A stretch of DNA of 63,764 nt, counting the filler, from Actinomycetota bacterium (GTDB lineage: Bacteria; Actinomycetota; Actinomycetes; JAKEEW01), in assembly GCA_046725875.1 (NCBI GenBank). It is 4 parts of 4 records of this genome, joined end to end, with 100 filler letters (N's around TTAATTAATTAA, not from the genome) between each part and the next. Parts side by side here need not be neighbours in the genome. Positions count along the whole stretch, not along the records: positions 1 to 31,977 come from JBKOZJ010000014.1; 3 more parts are not named here. One strand, given 5' to 3'. The position numbers and the translations under genes were made by a program. Numbering within the stretch: the stretch's first letter is position 1; every line of letters starts with the position of its first letter. The notes under the pieces are model-generated. The model ran no database searches. It was given only the letters and a program-made list of their open reading frames with translations, and had not been told where the DNA came from. Shown piece after piece: positions 1 to 9,693 of this stretch.

Positions 1-51
1 GCGATAACCATCCCCCGTTCGAATCTGCGGCCCCTCGCCGGGCCGCCTGCA

Positions 52-654
52 TTGTTGCTCGCCGCCTTGATGGCGGGCGGGCTTGTCGCCTGTTCAAACG
101 GTGCCGGCGAGGCTGGGGCAGCACCATCGAATTCGGCTACCACAGCTGGCCCATCGACATCTCAACGACCGACAGGGAGTGCAACAGCGCAACCGAGCCG
201 TGGGCCTACGAGCATTGCTGAAGCGATCGAGACGCCCGTTCCCGGGGCGACGCCGCTGACCGCATCAACCGGACTGCGCAAAACGGTCGAATACAACGAC
301 CAGATAACGGTCAAGCTAACCAAGGTCGAGGGCTACGAGGTTAAGGAGGAGGGTCCAGGAATCATCAAGGGTCAGCAGATCACGATCTTCACGCTGACCT
401 TCACCAACGGTTCGACAAAGCTGCTCGACCTAAACAACGTCAAGGTCACGGCCACCTACGGCGGTCAAGAGAGACAAGCCGAGCCGAGCTATTTCGGTAA
501 TCTCAACGACTTCTTCGGCACGGTTAAGCCCGGCGACTCAAGATCGGCTGCATACGGTTTTGTACTGCCGGAAAGCGGATATGACGATCTGGCCCTCCGT
601 GTCAAATTCGATGATGAGCATTCGACGGCAGTGTTCGTCGGCTCACTTCAATAG
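52..654 (+). CDS. Lipoprotein, probable DUF4352-like beta-sandwich; may start upstream of the window
   Basis: Lipobox LVAC, Ser/Thr/Pro-rich linker, then a beta-rich domain (LTFTNGSTKLLDL, GTVKPGDSRSAAYGF). The frame is open from base 1. Confidence 0.7.
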   Translation: MLLAALMAGGLVACSNGAGEAGAAPSNSATTAGPSTSQRPTGSATAQPSRGPTSIAEAIETPVPGATPLTASTGLRKTVEYNDQITVKLTKVEGYEVKEEGPGIIKGQQITIFTLTFTNGSTKLLDLNNVKVTATYGGQERQAEPSYFGNLNDFFGTVKPGDSRSAAYGFVLPESGYDDLALRVKFDDEHSTAVFVGSLQ

Positions 655-663
655 TCCCCTCGG

Positions 664-1200
664 TTAGACCACAGAAAACTCGAGCAAGGCGCCCAGGATC
701 TGCGTCATCGGCTCGCTGCGGCACCACCAGGTCCGGCTGGCGGTTGCGGCTGGTTGTAGGTCATGGTGAGCCTTCGATTCGGGAGACGTGGAGGCCGGCG
801 GAGCTGCCGACGGCTACTGGCGCCGCCGAGTCCCACTCGTACTGGCCGCCGGCATGAAGGTAGGCATCGACTCTCCCATTGATCACCGCCGCCGCCTTCG
901 CCCCAGCCGAGCCCATCGGACTCGAGGAGAATCCCAGACCGCAGCCGAAGCCGGTAGGTGCTCAGCCCGCGGTGGTGCAGTAGGAGCCAGCGCCTACCGC
1001 GGCGGTGCGAGACCGAGCGGGCGGCGCGGCTCGGCGACCTCGGTGCCGAGTTCAGCCGCGACCGCGTCGATGAAACGGGGAGGCCGGGTGCGGCTTATCG
1101 TTATCCGCAGCCGTTGCCCGGGGACGGGCGCCGGAGCACGGCGGGTCAGGGGTCGAGAGAGTAAGCCCGTGCGTGGGAGATGCAATAGGCCGGATGACCT
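664..1200 (-). pseudogene. cysQ: Degenerate 3' half of a CysQ (PAP phosphatase) paralogue
   Basis: Minus-strand pieces GLTLSTPDPP, RITISRTRPPRFIDAVAAELG and [37 protein letters not shown] match the intact gene at 14670-15461. Broken by frameshifts and a ~115-bp insertion. Confidence 0.85.
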
Positions 1201-1495
1201 GCGGTAACGGGTCTGATGGCGATTTGGATCGGCCACGCATTGTGACATGACTCGGTAGCTACGGCTCGTGTCTACTGGCCGCAGGGTGAGAGCCTGGCGA
1301 GGCGAGTATCCGACTTCACCCGTTCGACCCGGCCGCTACATCTATGCGTCGCCAAAATTTCGCTCTACCATCGCTTGTTGCGCCGGGTTTGCGGTAGCAA
1401 CCGGGCGCGGGGACGGAGTGGGGAGTTCCGTTCCGGTGGGAGGGCCCCCCACCCGGGGGTTCTAGCGCTCCTCCAGTGTGGGTCAGGGGGGTTTG

Positions 1496-2968
1496 ATGGC
1501 TGCTGTCGACACAGCGCAGGTCGGGACCGCGAGTAGCTGGGTTCTCCGGGGGCGAGCGCGTCGCCTAGCCCGTCCTTGGGAACGCACATACGTAACAGCG
1601 TTAATCGTCATCGATGCATGTGCCGCATCGGCGGCCGGCATGATCGCCTACGCATCACGCTTCATGGATCGAGACGCCGAGCACTCGTATATCTCGCTCG
1701 GTGCCCTGTTGCCGGCCTTGTGGCTCGCGTGCGTGGGCGCCAGCCGCGCTTACGAGTCGCGCTATCTCGGAGTTGGCTCGGAGGAGTTCCGTCGGGTCGT
1801 GACGGCCGCGGTCTGGTTGACCGCCGGGGTAGGGACGTTTTCCTGGATCACGAAGGCTGAGCTCGCCCGCGGCTACATGCTCGTGGCGCTGCCGGCCATA
1901 GCAGTCTTCACGCTCGTTGGGCGTTACGCCGCCCGCAAGCGGTTGCACTGGTTGCGGGCACAGGGCGACTGCGTGCAGCGGCTGGTCGTCGTGGGTGAGC
2001 CGGGGCCTACCGCGACTCTCGTACAGAGGCTGCGCAACGAGCCTTACCACGGTCTCGAAGTGGTCGGCGCATGCCTGCCGGCTGGCTCGTCCACTGCACC
2101 AGTCGACGCCGTGAATGTGGAGGTGCTCGGAACGTTCGACACGGTCCTCGAGGCCGTCCGCCGGTCGAGGGCGGACACCGTGGCCGTACTCGCGTGTCCG
2201 GAGATGTATGGGCTCGCTCTTCGCCGGTTGAGCTGGAGCCTGGAGCGGTACGGCACAGACATTCTCGTCGCTCCAACGCTCGTCGAGGTGGCTGGACCGC
2301 GGATCGCAATCCGGCCGATCGCCGGCCTGCCGTTGTTGCATGTCGACCACCCGGAGCTGACCGGCGGCCGCAGGATCATGAAGGCGTTGTTCGACCGCTG
2401 CGTGGCTGGCATCCTGCTGCTCCTGCTCGCACCGGTCCTATTCGCGATTGCGGCGCTGATCAAGCTCACAAGTCCGGGCCCGGTGCTCTTCCGGCAGCTG
2501 CGGATCGGCCGCCACGGCGAGCCGTTCACGATGGTGAAGTTCCGAACGATGGTCACCGATGCCGAGCAGCTGCGCGCCGACCTGATCGACCTCAACCAGC
2601 ACCACGAGGGTCCACTCTTCAAGATCAAGGATGATCCAAGGGTAACAAGAATCGGCGCCTGGCTGCGCCACTACTCGCTCGACGAGTTGCCCCAGCTGGT
2701 CAACGTGCTCCTCGGGGATATGTCGCTGGTTGGACCGCGCCCACCGTTGCCCGCCGAAGTCGCCCAGTACGGTCTGGACGCACGACGGCGGTTGGCCGTC
2801 AAGCCTGGGCTCACCGGGCTTTGGCAGATCAGCGGCCGGTCCAATCTCGACTGGGAGGAGTCCGTCCGGCTCGACCTCCGGTATGTCGAGAACTGGTCGC
2901 TCGCGTTCGATACGCTCATCCTCTGGAAGACCCTCTTCGTGGTCGCCCGCGGGGACGGCGCGTATTAG
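1496..2968 (+). CDS. Exopolysaccharide priming polyprenyl glycosylphosphotransferase (WcaJ/Bac_transf family)
   Basis: N-terminal TM helices; C-terminal KFRTM, DDPRVT, SLDELPQLVNVLLGDMSLVGPRP, KPGLTGLWQISGR motifs. Confidence 0.95.
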   Translation: MAAVDTAQVGTASSWVLRGRARRLARPWERTYVTALIVIDACAASAAGMIAYASRFMDRDAEHSYISLGALLPALWLACVGASRAYESRYLGVGSEEFRRVVTAAVWLTAGVGTFSWITKAELARGYMLVALPAIAVFTLVGRYAARKRLHWLRAQGDCVQRLVVVGEPGPTATLVQRLRNEPYHGLEVVGACLPAGSSTAPVDAVNVEVLGTFDTVLEAVRRSRADTVAVLACPEMYGLALRRLSWSLERYGTDILVAPTLVEVAGPRIAIRPIAGLPLLHVDHPELTGGRRIMKALFDRCVAGILLLLLAPVLFAIAALIKLTSPGPVLFRQLRIGRHGEPFTMVKFRTMVTDAEQLRADLIDLNQHHEGPLFKIKDDPRVTRIGAWLRHYSLDELPQLVNVLLGDMSLVGPRPPLPAEVAQYGLDARRRLAVKPGLTGLWQISGRSNLDWEESVRLDLRYVENWSLAFDTLILWKTLFVVARGDGAY

Positions 2969-3174
2969 ACGCACGCATCCTCCCCGCGATCGGAGGTGAC
3001 CGCGGCGGGGATGAGTTCCAGATCTGACCAGCAGAGACTGTTTCTCCGTAGGCTGTCGAGGCAATCACGCTTCTTTCCGGAGGCGGCTTCTTGCCATGAG
3101 CGGTGTCGCCCTGGACAGGGTCAACCGGCGGAGTCATGCTGCGGTATCGGCTCGGCGCGACCTTGGGGGTCTGT

Positions 3175-3582
3175 ATGAAGCGCCTCTTCTTGCTTGCCAC
3201 TGCCGTCCTGGCTGCGGTGCTATTCGCCACTCCAGTCCATGCCGCCCCGCAGACGACGATCACCTTCAGCGTGGATCCCATAGCGGTTACGACGGCGGAC
3301 GGGACGAGTCTGACAGTCCGGGTGACCGCGGGATGCCCGGCCAACTACGAGGTGCTCGAGGCGTTCGCCTACGTAACGCAGGCTGGCGCGCAAAGCAACT
3401 TCGTCGGCATCCCGCTGATGTGCCGGCCGAAGGGACAGGAGTACACGCTCACGGTGCCCGCTCCGGAAGGGCAGGTCTGGACGGCCGGCCCGGCTTTGCT
3501 ATCCGGCTTCGTGCTGCTCATCCGCAAGTCCGAGACATTGTCGGCATCACCAAGCGCCACACTGGAGATCGTGGTTCCGTAG
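3175..3582 (+). CDS. Small secreted hypothetical protein
   Basis: Sec signal MKRLFLLATAVLAAVLFATPVHA, beta-rich mature part with two Cys, GGGGG upstream of the ATG. Confidence 0.7.
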   Translation: MKRLFLLATAVLAAVLFATPVHAAPQTTITFSVDPIAVTTADGTSLTVRVTAGCPANYEVLEAFAYVTQAGAQSNFVGIPLMCRPKGQEYTLTVPAPEGQVWTAGPALLSGFVLLIRKSETLSASPSATLEIVVP

Positions 3583-3742
3583 GCTCAGAGTGGGGCCGGA
3601 CCCCGCAACGGGGGTACCGGCCCCGACAAGCGTGAGGCCGCGCTGGAAGGCATGCGACGATTTCTTCCTCGATGCGATCGTGTACAAGGTCCGCGACGCC
3701 GGGCCGGCGGCCGACCTCTCTTCGGGCTGACTCTCCCGGTCC

Positions 3743-4432
3743 TTAAAGGTCTCCCGCTGAGATCCTTTGCCGCAACGCCGTGAGCAGGAGCACCACCGCC
3801 AGGGTCACTGCGACGCCCAAACACATGCCACCCACCACGTCTGTTAGGAGGTGCTCCGAGGTAGCCACGCGAGCCCAGGCCATGGTGAGCACCCATATGC
3901 TCCCCAGCGCAGCTACGACTGCCGACACGGACGACTGCACGACGGCGGAGCGCAGGACCAACACGAGCAAAAGGACCAGCGACGTCGCGACCGCCACTCT
4001 CCCCGATGGGTAGCTGAAGCTTTCGACCCCGAGGGAGCGGCGCCCGGCCAGCTTGATCAACATCTCAGCACCGGCCGTGGCCGGAGCTACCAGGCAAGCT
4101 GCGACAACCGCGTCCCAGCGCCGTAGCAGAGCCCAGGCTATGAGGGCAATTGCGAGGCTTCCGGCGATCACGGCCAATAGCCGCGCACTGTCATCGAGCC
4201 GGCTAGCGAATCGGTAGGGAAGTCCAGTACGGGAAACCGTCAGGACTTGGACTGCCCAGGCATCCAGTCTGCTCTGCCGAGTGCTCCACACCAGCGCGCC
4301 GATCACACTGCCCAATGCCAGGGCGAAAATCGCGACGGCCGGTGCCCACACTGGGACAAGACCGCCGGAAGGCGCTCGAGGGCGAACCCGGTCATCCAAG
4401 CCCGCCACCCCCGAGACTCCACCACGCCGCAT
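3743..4432 (-). CDS. PAP2-family membrane phosphatase (start uncertain)
   Basis: KLAGRR, SYPSGR and ARVATSEHLLTDVVGG motifs with several TM helices; PSGH is altered to PSGR. Confidence 0.8.
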   Translation of the reverse strand: MRRGGVSGVAGLDDRVRPRAPSGGLVPVWAPAVAIFALALGSVIGALVWSTRQSRLDAWAVQVLTVSRTGLPYRFASRLDDSARLLAVIAGSLAIALIAWALLRRWDAVVAACLVAPATAGAEMLIKLAGRRSLGVESFSYPSGRVAVATSLVLLLVLVLRSAVVQSSVSAVVAALGSIWVLTMAWARVATSEHLLTDVVGGMCLGVAVTLAVVLLLTALRQRISAGDL

Positions 4433-4654
4433 CCGTTCAGCGACGCCCTGCCCTCGCTTAGGCCCTCATGCATATCATGCGGCCCGGCTGACCTTGGTTC
4501 CGTCGTCGCCGTTTCGTCGGGCGCCAGCCCGCCATGATCGTCCTGCTATTGCTCACATCGTCTAAATTGCCAGTTCTGCTACCACCGGGCTCTGTCCGCA
4601 GGTAGCATCCGACCTGCAAGGGGAGGCATCGCAGCAGCCAACGGGGGCGGCTAG

Positions 4655-6652
4655 TTGGCCATCGTCGCCAGCATGCGTGGGCGTCAATCCAGCGGGTCAG
4701 TCCGCGCTGACGTCCAGGGGTTACGCGCTCTGGCTGTCCTGCTCGTCATGGCCTACCACGCCGGCCTCCCCGTGCCTGCGGGATTCGCCGGTGTCGACAT
4801 CTTCTTCGTCATCTCCGGATTCGTCATCACCGGCCTCATCCTCCGCCAAGCCGACGCCGGCCGATTCTCGCTCGCGATGTTCTACGCCCGCCGCATCAAG
4901 CGGCTATTTCCAGCGCTCATCCTCATGCTTGTCACCGTCCTCGTGCTGTCGTTCCTGCTCGAGTCGCCACTCGGCGCGCAGCAGAATACGGCTAAGACGG
5001 CGCTCGGAGCGACCATCTTCGTCGCAAACATCGTGATCGTACGAACGACCGGCGATTACTTCGACCCGGCAGCAACCACCAACCCGCTGCTACACGTGTG
5101 GACTTTGTCGGTCGAGGAACAGTTCTACCTCTGCTTCCCGACGCTCCTGCTTCTCGCGTGGGCGATCGGCCGGCGCGGCCGGGCAAACATGCGGGCGTCC
5201 GTGGTCATCGCCGTGCTGACAGGGATGAGCTTCGTCCTCGCGCTCGTCCTCACCTACGCCGATGGCCCTCTTTCGTTCGTAGACGACCCGAACGGCTGGG
5301 CTTTCTACTCCTCACCCGCGCGGGCGTGGGAGTTCGGCATCGGCGCGCTCATCGCTTTCTGGGCGCACGGCAGGGCGAGTCGCGGCAAGACCGTAGCGCG
5401 AGGGGCGGCCATGGTCGCGTTCCCGGCGATCCTGCTCATAGTCGCCGCGAATCTACTGGTGGACGACACGACCCGCTGGCCAGGTGTCGCCGCCCTACTC
5501 CCCGTCGCTGGCACCGCCGGCCTCATCCTCGCCGGTGTTCTTGGATCGAATCCGGTCTCGGGGCTCCTCTCTGTACGGCCCGCCGTTTGGGTCGGCGACC
5601 TCTCCTACAGCCTTTACCTGTGGCACTGGCCACTGATCGTCTTCGCAACTCTGCTGTGGCCCGGCGGCACGAGCAAGCTCCTGGCCGCCCTCATCTCGTT
5701 CGTGCCCGCCTGGCTCAGCTACCGCTATGTCGAAAGCCCGCTGCGCGCCGCCCCCGTCCGCTCCGTGGCCAAGGTGTTCGGCTTCGGCGGGGCGACCGCC
5801 GCGGCGACGGCCGGATTCGCGCTAGCCGTCGGTGTCCTCGGCGTAACCGCTGTACCCGACGCGGCGACCTACCGCGCGGAACGTGAAACCCTTCCCGTCG
5901 GCCGGGCTGGTGGTTGCATGATCCGTGACCATCCCTATGTCCCGAGTGACATCGATCGCTGCTACACCCGCGTCGCCCGGCCAAAGGGCTGGATCATGCT
6001 CGTTGGCGATTCTCATGCCGACGCGCTCTCCGACGGGGTCACAGCAGCGGCCCGTCACCTCGGCTACGACGTGCTCTCCCTTACCGGGGCGAGCTGCGAA
6101 TTCGCCCGTAATCCGGCGCCGTCCACCTTTGTTCCCAACTGTGCCGAGATGAACAACGACCTGCTCGATCGGGCAACCGGCAAGAATCCGCCCGGGCTCG
6201 TCATCATGTCGCATTGGAGCGCGCGTCGGATGGGAACACAAGATGACTGGCCACAGTCTCTTGGGCCCACCATTACCGAACTTCGCGAGGCCCGCATTCC
6301 CGTTCTGTTCGTGCTCGATGTGCCAAACTTCGCTGCCTGGGATGCAGGACAGCCGACACCGTGCCGCGGGGGCTTCCTGAACTTCACTTGCACGCTGTCG
6401 CGTAAGAACGTGGAGGCCATCCAGGGTCGAGCCCGAGCAGCCGAGATCGCCCTCATCCGCAACCGCCCCGGCGTAACTACCTACGATCCATGGCCGCATT
6501 TCTGCAACGCGACAGCCTGCTCGTCCGTCGTGAACGGGCGGCTCGCCTACCGGGACTTCGACCACCTCAACGCCATCGGCAGCAGCCTCCTTGCGCCCGA
6601 CCTACAGGAGGCCATACGTGCAGCGATCGGCCAGCCACACTCCGTTCGCTGA
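4655..6652 (+). CDS. OafA-like acyltransferase 3 with C-terminal SGNH domain
   Basis: RADVQGLRALAV, GVDIFFVISGF, HVWTLSVEEQFY, SYSLYLWHWP; SGNH motifs VGDSHA and YRDFDHL. Confidence 0.93.
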   Translation: MAIVASMRGRQSSGSVRADVQGLRALAVLLVMAYHAGLPVPAGFAGVDIFFVISGFVITGLILRQADAGRFSLAMFYARRIKRLFPALILMLVTVLVLSFLLESPLGAQQNTAKTALGATIFVANIVIVRTTGDYFDPAATTNPLLHVWTLSVEEQFYLCFPTLLLLAWAIGRRGRANMRASVVIAVLTGMSFVLALVLTYADGPLSFVDDPNGWAFYSSPARAWEFGIGALIAFWAHGRASRGKTVARGAAMVAFPAILLIVAANLLVDDTTRWPGVAALLPVAGTAGLILAGVLGSNPVSGLLSVRPAVWVGDLSYSLYLWHWPLIVFATLLWPGGTSKLLAALISFVPAWLSYRYVESPLRAAPVRSVAKVFGFGGATAAATAGFALAVGVLGVTAVPDAATYRAERETLPVGRAGGCMIRDHPYVPSDIDRCYTRVARPKGWIMLVGDSHADALSDGVTAAARHLGYDVLSLTGASCEFARNPAPSTFVPNCAEMNNDLLDRATGKNPPGLVIMSHWSARRMGTQDDWPQSLGPTITELREARIPVLFVLDVPNFAAWDAGQPTPCRGGFLNFTCTLSRKNVEAIQGRARAAEIALIRNRPGVTTYDPWPHFCNATACSSVVNGRLAYRDFDHLNAIGSSLLAPDLQEAIRAAIGQPHSVR

Positions 6653-6703
6653 TCAGACCATCCAGCTTCGGCATTGCAAATGCCATGGCTCGGCAGCACT
6701 CCA

Positions 6704-8278
6704 CTAGGCCTTGACCAGCCGTCTGCTGTTTGACAGAACGCTTCGGACCAGATTTCGGCAGGTGCCGTAAAGCACTGCGAAGTAGACGCAGGCTCCGATG
6801 ACAAGCAGCACGACGATCAATGTGAGTCCTGCCACAGCACCGTCGAGGGCCGCCTTCGCCACCATGAGCGCGAGGAGCATCACGAGACCACTCGTCAACG
6901 GTGCGACAAAGAGGCGAAGATACCTGCCTAGGCGGATATCGAGGACCCGAGTGACCGACCAAACCGAGATCGGCGCGAGAAGATAGCCGCATACAACATA
7001 GCTTGTCGCCACCGCGAGAATGCCCCAACGAACCACCAGAATGAAACCGACGACATTGATGGCGGCAGTTAGCACGGCAACGCGGAAGGAGAGACTAGGT
7101 CGGCCGGCCGCGGTCACCATTGCCTTATTGAGATAGATGACGGCATGTGGGATCCCAACCAGGGCGAGGACCCTCATCACTGGTATGGCGTCGGCCCATT
7201 TAGTTCCGAAGGCGACGTTGATTAGCTCTGGTGTGATAACCGCCAGAGTGAGAAAGACCGGAATGGCAACAGCAAAGCAGAGCTGAGTGAGGTTGTAGAA
7301 TGCTCGCTTCGTCCGCTCGGCATCTTCATTTAGCCGGGAGAAGAGGGGAAACGCCACGCCTTCGATCGTCCAGATGATGATTTCCGTGACGATGAGCAAG
7401 ACCCGATAGGCCACAGTGTAAAGCCCTAGGGCAACGGAGCCCAGGACGAGGCCAATGAGAAAGTCATCCGAGCGACGACTCGTAAAGAGCGCCACTCTTT
7501 CCCCTAGAACGTTGGCACCGAAACGGAAGAGTCCACCGAATGTCCCGGCAGATACCTCTCGGCCCGGACGCCATGGGCACGCCAGCCACAGCACGAGAGT
7601 TCCGACGACGACGTTGGCCAACATCTGCCCGACCAGGCTCCAGACCCCGAAGCCGAGGAGAGCCATCCCGACGCCGACAGCCCCACCGGCGAATGTGCCG
7701 GCAAGTCCACGTAAAGCAACCTGGCGGAAGGCGAGCTCGCGGCGCAGCAGCGCTTGCGGGACGCTGGCGAGCGCTGCGAAGACGAACACCACCGAAAGGA
7801 CGCGCAGAACAGGCGCCAAGTCGGGCTGATCGAACGGCGCGGCGATCAGGCCCGCGCTGGCAGCCATGATGGCGGCGAGGATGGCGCCGATCGCATTATT
7901 CGCCCAGAATGCCGTGTCGAGATCGCGCGCAGATATTCGCTTGCGTTGGATCAATGCCTCGCCGAAACCAGACTCGACAAGCAGCGACAGCAGCACCACG
8001 AAAACCGACGCGAGGGCAACGGTGCCGAACGCCTCGGGGTCGAGAAGGCGAGCAAGAACGACGAAGACGAGGCTTCCGATCAGTCGCGACGAGACAGACC
8101 TCAGCACAGTCCAGCCAAGACCCCGTGCGGCCACGCCCTTGAGTCCGCCAGGCGGCGACGGCGGATGCAGCACCGACAGCCCGCCATCCGGTCCGGCGGG
8201 AACGACACGCTGGTCATCGTGAGACGACGCCCGCCTGCCGCGAGCGTGTCCGTTCCCCCTGCCTTCGCCGCCGATCAC
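6704..8278 (-). CDS. Wzx-type polysaccharide flippase (start approximate)
   Basis: LARLLDPEAFG, GFGEALIQR, GFGVWSLV, LGLYTVAYR, many TM helices; GTG preceded by GAGGGGG. Confidence 0.9.
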   Translation of the reverse strand: MIGGEGRGNGHARGRRASSHDDQRVVPAGPDGGLSVLHPPSPPGGLKGVAARGLGWTVLRSVSSRLIGSLVFVVLARLLDPEAFGTVALASVFVVLLSLLVESGFGEALIQRKRISARDLDTAFWANNAIGAILAAIMAASAGLIAAPFDQPDLAPVLRVLSVVFVFAALASVPQALLRRELAFRQVALRGLAGTFAGGAVGVGMALLGFGVWSLVGQMLANVVVGTLVLWLACPWRPGREVSAGTFGGLFRFGANVLGERVALFTSRRSDDFLIGLVLGSVALGLYTVAYRVLLIVTEIIIWTIEGVAFPLFSRLNEDAERTKRAFYNLTQLCFAVAIPVFLTLAVITPELINVAFGTKWADAIPVMRVLALVGIPHAVIYLNKAMVTAAGRPSLSFRVAVLTAAINVVGFILVVRWGILAVATSYVVCGYLLAPISVWSVTRVLDIRLGRYLRLFVAPLTSGLVMLLALMVAKAALDGAVAGLTLIVVLLVIGACVYFAVLYGTCRNLVRSVLSNSRRLVKA

Positions 8279-8346
8279 GCCGGCCCCCTCTTTACACATT
8301 TCTCGCGGCGCCAAGCAGTTCGCAGTTGCTGCCCGGGTGTGGCGTT

Positions 8347-9153
8347 CTAGGCCAGGGCTCCGGGCGTTCGCTCGCTGACCCCACTCCCCAGCTCGTCCCG
8401 CCACTTCTCAGCATCATCCCTCGGCTGGTAGCCGATGTCGCGCCGAGCGTCCTCAATGTCCCAAATACGCCAAGTATTCGCTGAAACGCCGTAGAAGATC
8501 CCGAAGACCAGGTCCTTCGGAGCGACTATGGATCGTCGTACAAGGTGTGCCATGTCGGCATGGGTGATCAACGTTGCCAGGTGCCGGGCGTTGGACGGAC
8601 GGTCTGCCCAAGTCAATGAACCGATTCGTAGGCACAACACGGACAGACCGTGCGCGTCCGCGTAGTAGCGCGCGGCCGCCTCGCCGAACGCCTTCCCCAC
8701 CCCATACGGGGTATCGGGGCGGAGGGCCATCGATGTGTCGATCTTCGGGACCATAGCGGGATCGAGGCCGTCGTATTTTCCGGCGACGATTTGCGCGTAG
8801 GGCGGATCGCGTTCGTACAGGCCGGTCACGTGGTTGGAGCTTGCGTAGATTACGCGGGACACACGACGACGGCGAGCAGCCTCGAGTACGTTCCAGGCGG
8901 CAGGAATGTTGTTGTCCCGCACAGCGTCCCACGGCTGCTGCCAATGGGCGGACGCCAGATCGATGACGACGTCAGCACCCTCGAAGGCCCTTTCCGCCTG
9001 CCTCAGGCGGGTCATATCTGCTCGCGAGACCGATCCGTGGCCCCGCCTCAGATCGACGCCAGCGACATCAAAGTCCGCTGCCAGAGCCTTCCGCAGCACC
9101 TGACCCACGAGGCCGCCTGCCCCCGTGATGATCAGGCGAGGCTTGGCACCCAT
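8347..9153 (-). CDS. NAD-dependent epimerase/dehydratase, uronate dehydrogenase-like SDR
   Basis: TGAGGLVG Rossmann motif, YASSNH, YGVGK (YxxxK), CLRIGS. Confidence 0.88.
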   Translation of the reverse strand: MGAKPRLIITGAGGLVGQVLRKALAADFDVAGVDLRRGHGSVSRADMTRLRQAERAFEGADVVIDLASAHWQQPWDAVRDNNIPAAWNVLEAARRRRVSRVIYASSNHVTGLYERDPPYAQIVAGKYDGLDPAMVPKIDTSMALRPDTPYGVGKAFGEAAARYYADAHGLSVLCLRIGSLTWADRPSNARHLATLITHADMAHLVRRSIVAPKDLVFGIFYGVSANTWRIWDIEDARRDIGYQPRDDAEKWRDELGSGVSERTPGALA

Positions 9154-9246
9154 CGGTTCTCCCAGCTCTGCACTAAACGGACCGACTTGATGCTAAACTC
9201 CGCCAGTTAGCGTGTCGTGTGGGGGCTTTGTTTTGGGGGCTTGACT

Positions 9247-9693
9247 GTGCGCTACCGCGTGAACAATCCGCAAGTGATCCACGAGATGATCGACGGCGAA
9301 GCCATCATGATCAATCTCGCTACAGGCAGCTACTACAGCCTGGACCCTGTTGCGGCCGAGGTGTGGACGTTCGTGGAGGCGTCCCAGCCTATCGATCGCA
9401 TCGTGGCGGAGCTGGATCGACGCTACGACGCCGACCCCGGCGCCATTCGCCGAGGCGTCGACGACCTGATAGAGCGGCTGTCGAGCGAGGGGCTCGTGGT
9501 TCCTTGTTCCGACGAGGAGGCCGCCCACCCGGTTGTGTCGGAGCCGGCGCCTGCCACTCGGGAGCCCTTCCGCGCGCCGCAGCTGGAAAAGTTCACGGAC
9601 ATGCAGGACCTCATCCTGCTTGATCCAGTACATGAGGTCGATTCTCGAGGGTGGCCACACCTGCCCAACGGGCAGGGGGCCACACCGCGATAG
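9247..9693 (+). CDS. PqqD-family (RiPP recognition element) protein with C-terminal extension
   Basis: DGEAIMINLATGSYYSLDPVAAEVW...LIERLSSEGLV winged-helix pattern, followed by the tail FRAPQLEKFTDMQDLILLDPVHEVDSRGWP. Confidence 0.88.
   Translation: MRYRVNNPQVIHEMIDGEAIMINLATGSYYSLDPVAAEVWTFVEASQPIDRIVAELDRRYDADPGAIRRGVDDLIERLSSEGLVVPCSDEEAAHPVVSEPAPATREPFRAPQLEKFTDMQDLILLDPVHEVDSRGWPHLPNGQGATPR

Noticed and set aside
1241..1256. CRP site upstream of the priming transferase
   Set aside because: Only the TGTGA half-site matches
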